Assembly: GCA_965228855.1 (NCBI GenBank)
Contig: CBDDIJ010000003.1
Span: forward strand, 1,888,001 to 1,952,000
Direction of reading: 5' to 3'
DNA: 64,000 bases
Source of the DNA: Candidatus Obscuribacterales bacterium
Lineage (GTDB): Bacteria; Cyanobacteriota; Vampirovibrionia; Obscuribacterales; Obscuribacteraceae
Within the stretch, counting starts at the first letter, position 1. Every line of letters begins with the position of its first letter. Under the pieces are notes generated by a model. It was not told the DNA's origin, made no database searches, and saw nothing but the letters and a program-made list of their open reading frames with translations. The translations under genes were made by a program, and so were the position numbers. Shown one piece after another: positions 60,954 through 64,000 of the stretch.

Positions 60954-61476
60954 GTGAGTTTAGAAACTAGGTGGCAATCGATTTATGAAACCGCTGGCTA
61001 TCTCGCAGCTCATGCCGTTTGGCATCTTCATGAAGAAGATATCGTAATTCCGGTGCTCGCGTATGAGGCGCAAGGTCAGCGCATTATCGAAGAAATTTTG
61101 GCAAACACAATGGCGGAGTTGGAAACTGGCATCGGAAAAGCGAGTGTGGCGTTAGCAACTAATCCAATGGCGGCGTCGTTCGCTCTCCTGATCTTTCCTG
61201 CATCTATTGAATTAAATCAAGAAGCACGAACTTGCATAGTCATCGACATGTGCGACTACGCCTCCGAATTAACCTCATCAGCCAGACTTGTCGTTCCATT
61301 CACGCTCACAAAAAAAAATGTTTGGAAAAGAATTGGTGCTCCATCCTCCTGGGCAGATGGATCGCAGTGCGGATTTTGACGTCCCCTTGGCGATGCAAAG
61401 TTTTTTTAAAGGAGTCTACGACCATTCTGAAGGCGCTGCAATTTGGAACAAGTGCCTGGATCAGTCTCAGCTATGA
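60954..61476 (+). pseudogene. Hypothetical gene frameshifted in an A9 tract (61310-61318)
   Basis: Removing one A joins LVVPFTLT to KKMFGKELVLHPP...FFKGVYDHSEGAAIWNKCLDQSQL; start position uncertain. Confidence 0.55.
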
Positions 61477-61538
61477 TTAGTCTAAATTTTATGTAGGACC
61501 CTTGTAGGGCCAACAAAAACTCAAATCCTGAAAAACTA

Positions 61539-61610
61539 AACCCTCGGAGAGATTCGAACTCCCGACACCCTCCTTAGGACGGAGGTGTTCTTCCACTGAA
61601 CTACGAGGGC
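61539..61610 (-). tRNA. tRNA-Arg (anticodon CCT), CCA not encoded
   Basis: Cloverleaf: GCCCTCG/CGAGGGT acceptor, GTTC/GAAC D arm with A20, CCTCC-GTCCTAA-GGAGG anticodon arm, GGGAG-TTCGAAT-CTCTC T arm. Confidence 0.93.
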
Positions 61611-61655
61611 AGATTGGATATCTATTCTAGCGCATCGCTGGAGACAGGACAGGGC

Positions 61656-63563
61656 TTACTCGAACTTTCCGACTGACAAGAAGTGAATGGTCTTGCCGAG
61701 CAGCCGGCTTAGCCAGAAGAATGAAAGGAAGGCGTTTATCAAGAGGGCGGCGACTGCCAGGTTAAAACCGAGCCTCTGCGAAGCAGGTCGACAGTCGAAA
61801 GTGACGAGATGAGAGCCGGCTGTGACGAAAACAGCCCGGGCGAAGCCGTTGGCTCGATACATTGGAGCCGGAGTACTGTCCACGTATGCTTTCCAGCCTG
61901 GATAAAACGTATCGCGAACAACCACGAAAGCCGGACTTTTCGCGTTTACAGACAGGGAAACATGCTCTGGCTCGTAAGCCATCACGTCAACCGGCTTGCA
62001 CCGCGCCTCGTTCGCTAACAATTCCGCACCTTTCGAGTCGGAAAGCGGCGGACCACTCGGCGGATTCACTTGCGAAAACGGCAATGCGTCCAGGCGCTCT
62101 ACATCAACATCGACAGACTGAGGCTTCTCAACGATCAGTTGAAAGCGCGAATCAAACGACCTCCCGCCTTCGAAGTACTGTTGAACTATCTCGTTTCGAT
62201 CTTTCACCCAGTGCCAAGCGTCCATCGTATAAGCGACCGGCACCACAACCTCCTGCTGAAAACAATGCCAGGACTTCGGCTCATCCTTCATCTGCAGCAT
62301 GAACGGGCGCCAGTCCACAAGCGCCGTTTCTGCCTGTTTCAACGCATCCCCCTGAGAAGTCACTATCATCCCAATCGAGCAGAATGAACTGAATTTCGCG
62401 AGCTTCTCTTCCAGCGCTGCGTCGTCAGCTGAAAACGAAATCGACTCATCCGGTTCAAAACCGATCGCGTCTTTCACGAATGTTCGGTACGAAGCGACCG
62501 GATGACCGAGATATCCCATCGGGCTCCCCAACTGGCTTTTCATGTTTACATCCGGCAGGATGGAACGCACTACTTCAGAGTCGATGCCATTTTTCCCAGA
62601 TGCCACCAGATACCGCCCCTGATGCCCGACAGTTCCTTGAATTGCCTTCAGCATCTCGTCTCGTTTCCGAGCAAATGTATAAAGTTCAGTCTTGGTCATA
62701 GTTTCCGGCACAAGGAAATTTCCGCCCGCTTCGAGTTTTGGACCAGATCGGAGGAAGTTTCGAACAGCACCACTAGCAGTGTCACCTTGCACCCAGTCAA
62801 AAACTGGCAGTAGAACAGGCGCTGCAATACAAGCAGAAACTAGAACTGCCATGCCATACATCCCGAAGCGCGCATCTTGTCCGCGCAACCGACATGCCAG
62901 CAACATTAGAAAGAGAAACAAAACCGCGCCGAATGCAAAGACGAGCGAGCCGGACATAAGCATTAGAGTGATGAACGTTGAATTTACAACGATCAGACCG
63001 ACTTTATGCGGCTTGGGCTCATTTCGGACGGCGCACCGCGCGGCTCCGAACAAGCAGAATGGAAACCATGCGAAAGTAGCAGCCAGTGCCAGGTTTGAAT
63101 CCATCACCATAAGCAGGGCTCCTCCGCAATATAGAAGAGAAAGCACCAGGCGCACCACCGGTTTCGCCCGGACCTGACTCAAAGCCAAATAGATTCCGGT
63201 GAATCCAATGATTTGATGCAGCAACAGAAACAGCCCACAGGCGAGGTCATAGTTCTCAATCAGAAGAACTACATTGAGTGGATAATACGAGCCTGGAAAG
63301 CATCCGGGCAACAGCGGCATTCCCAGATAACAAAACGGGTTCCACGCTGGTACCGTTCCATGAATCTGTATCTGTTCTCTGAAAAACTCAACCGTCGGTC
63401 GAAGATATCGCAAATGGACCTCAGAGCTGAATACTGCTCCACCGGCGAACACAGACGCGTATCGCAGCGCCAAAACGAAAGAAACCGCAAGCGTGTATAA
63501 AACCACATGCGGTATCGTTCCAGGTTTTGATTCAGTTTTGATCTCGTCTATCGACTCAGTCAC
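61656..63563 (-). CDS. YfhO-family membrane protein (GT-C-like)
   Basis: PAWNPFCYLGMP...YYPLN N-terminal motif, multiple TMs, C-terminal VVRDTFYPGWKAYVD...RANG.ARAV...AGSH.V.F. Confidence 0.85.
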   Translation of the reverse strand: MTESIDEIKTESKPGTIPHVVLYTLAVSFVLALRYASVFAGGAVFSSEVHLRYLRPTVEFFREQIQIHGTVPAWNPFCYLGMPLLPGCFPGSYYPLNVVLLIENYDLACGLFLLLHQIIGFTGIYLALSQVRAKPVVRLVLSLLYCGGALLMVMDSNLALAATFAWFPFCLFGAARCAVRNEPKPHKVGLIVVNSTFITLMLMSGSLVFAFGAVLFLFLMLLACRLRGQDARFGMYGMAVLVSACIAAPVLLPVFDWVQGDTASGAVRNFLRSGPKLEAGGNFLVPETMTKTELYTFARKRDEMLKAIQGTVGHQGRYLVASGKNGIDSEVVRSILPDVNMKSQLGSPMGYLGHPVASYRTFVKDAIGFEPDESISFSADDAALEEKLAKFSSFCSIGMIVTSQGDALKQAETALVDWRPFMLQMKDEPKSWHCFQQEVVVPVAYTMDAWHWVKDRNEIVQQYFEGGRSFDSRFQLIVEKPQSVDVDVERLDALPFSQVNPPSGPPLSDSKGAELLANEARCKPVDVMAYEPEHVSLSVNAKSPAFVVVRDTFYPGWKAYVDSTPAPMYRANGFARAVFVTAGSHLVTFDCRPASQRLGFNLAVAALLINAFLSFFWLSRLLGKTIHFLSVGKFE

Positions 63564-64000
63564 TATCTAACTGAAGGTTGTTTAGCGTATCCAATCTGGT
63601 TGCCGGTTTTTGGCTTCGCTACGTTCGCGGAGTCCGAACGATGGCCAATCAAGGCATCGTTTTCAGCGCTGCTAATCAGCTTGGGTTGCGGTCTCTGACT
63701 GATTTCGCGAACCTTTGCCGGATCGATGCTATCAGCAGCTCGACCGGAGATGCCCATAATCGGGTCGATCAGGAATGTACCTGCGGCAACTGTAGCGATC
63801 GAGCATGCGAGAAGTGCAGCCCATGGACCTTCCTGAGGGCTACCGACGAATGTGCGGGTCGCGGGAAGCTGAGCCACTTTCTCAGATGGTTCAGGCACAA
63901 TCATTTTGATAACGACACGGCAGTAGTAGAAAATTGCCGGGATGGAAGTCACAAGCGCAACAGCCACCAGCCACCAGCCAAGGTTGAGGCTGCCGAACAC
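63563..64000 (-). CDS. nuoN: NADH-quinone oxidoreductase subunit N / NdhB, C-terminal part (5' end outside window)
   Basis: LVAVALVTSIPAIFYYCRVVIKMIV matches the NuoN/NdhB C-terminal S..YY.R motif. Confidence 0.75.
   Translation of the reverse strand: MFGSLNLGWWLVAVALVTSIPAIFYYCRVVIKMIVPEPSEKVAQLPATRTFVGSPQEGPWAALLACSIATVAAGTFLIDPIMGISGRAADSIDPAKVREISQRPQPKLISSAENDALIGHRSDSANVAKPKTGNQIGYAKQPSVR

Larger units (their letters stand above)
56185..61576. mobile_element. ~5.3-kb decayed integrative element in tRNA-Arg(CCT)
   Basis: Bounded by 38-bp direct repeats of the tRNA 3' half; tyrosine integrase pseudogene next to the distal repeat. Confidence 0.85.

Overview
Bacterial chromosomal window using the standard genetic code. 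The gene content (Ser/Thr kinases, TPR proteins, futalosine-pathway MqnA, a cyanobacterial-like NdhB/NuoN end, a giant beta-helical secreted protein) suggests a non-photosynthetic relative of Cyanobacteria (Vampirovibrionia/Obscuribacterales); this is an inference. The core part carries hutU, an acyl-CoA mutase large subunit with isobutyryl-CoA mutase signature residues, lysC, pdp, mqnA, uppP, rsmI, rpsT, murC-murB, a VanX-type dipeptidase, a hydrolase-murF-ddl unit and ssb. The accessory parts are an HTH-Mrr nuclease-STAND NTPase gene at 1.1-5.1 kb and a ~50-61.5 kb block next to tRNA-Arg(CCT). That block includes a 5.3-kb element bounded by a duplicated tRNA 3' half, with a decayed integrase, a stand-alone colicin E3-like RNase/partner/IrrE-peptidase trio and orphan immunity-like genes. 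The strongest hidden signals are: (1) an unannotated exported selenoprotein (in-frame UGA plus bacterial SECIS hairpin, SELENON-like motif) that the ORF track splits in two at 15060-16277; (2) two coupled sensor kinases with exactly complementary defects (one His-only, one ATPase-only), suggesting an obligate heterodimeric histidine kinase; (3) the toxin/partner/IrrE module; (4) the possibly autoregulated STAND nuclease. All family assignments come from motif recognition by eye; no database searches were run.
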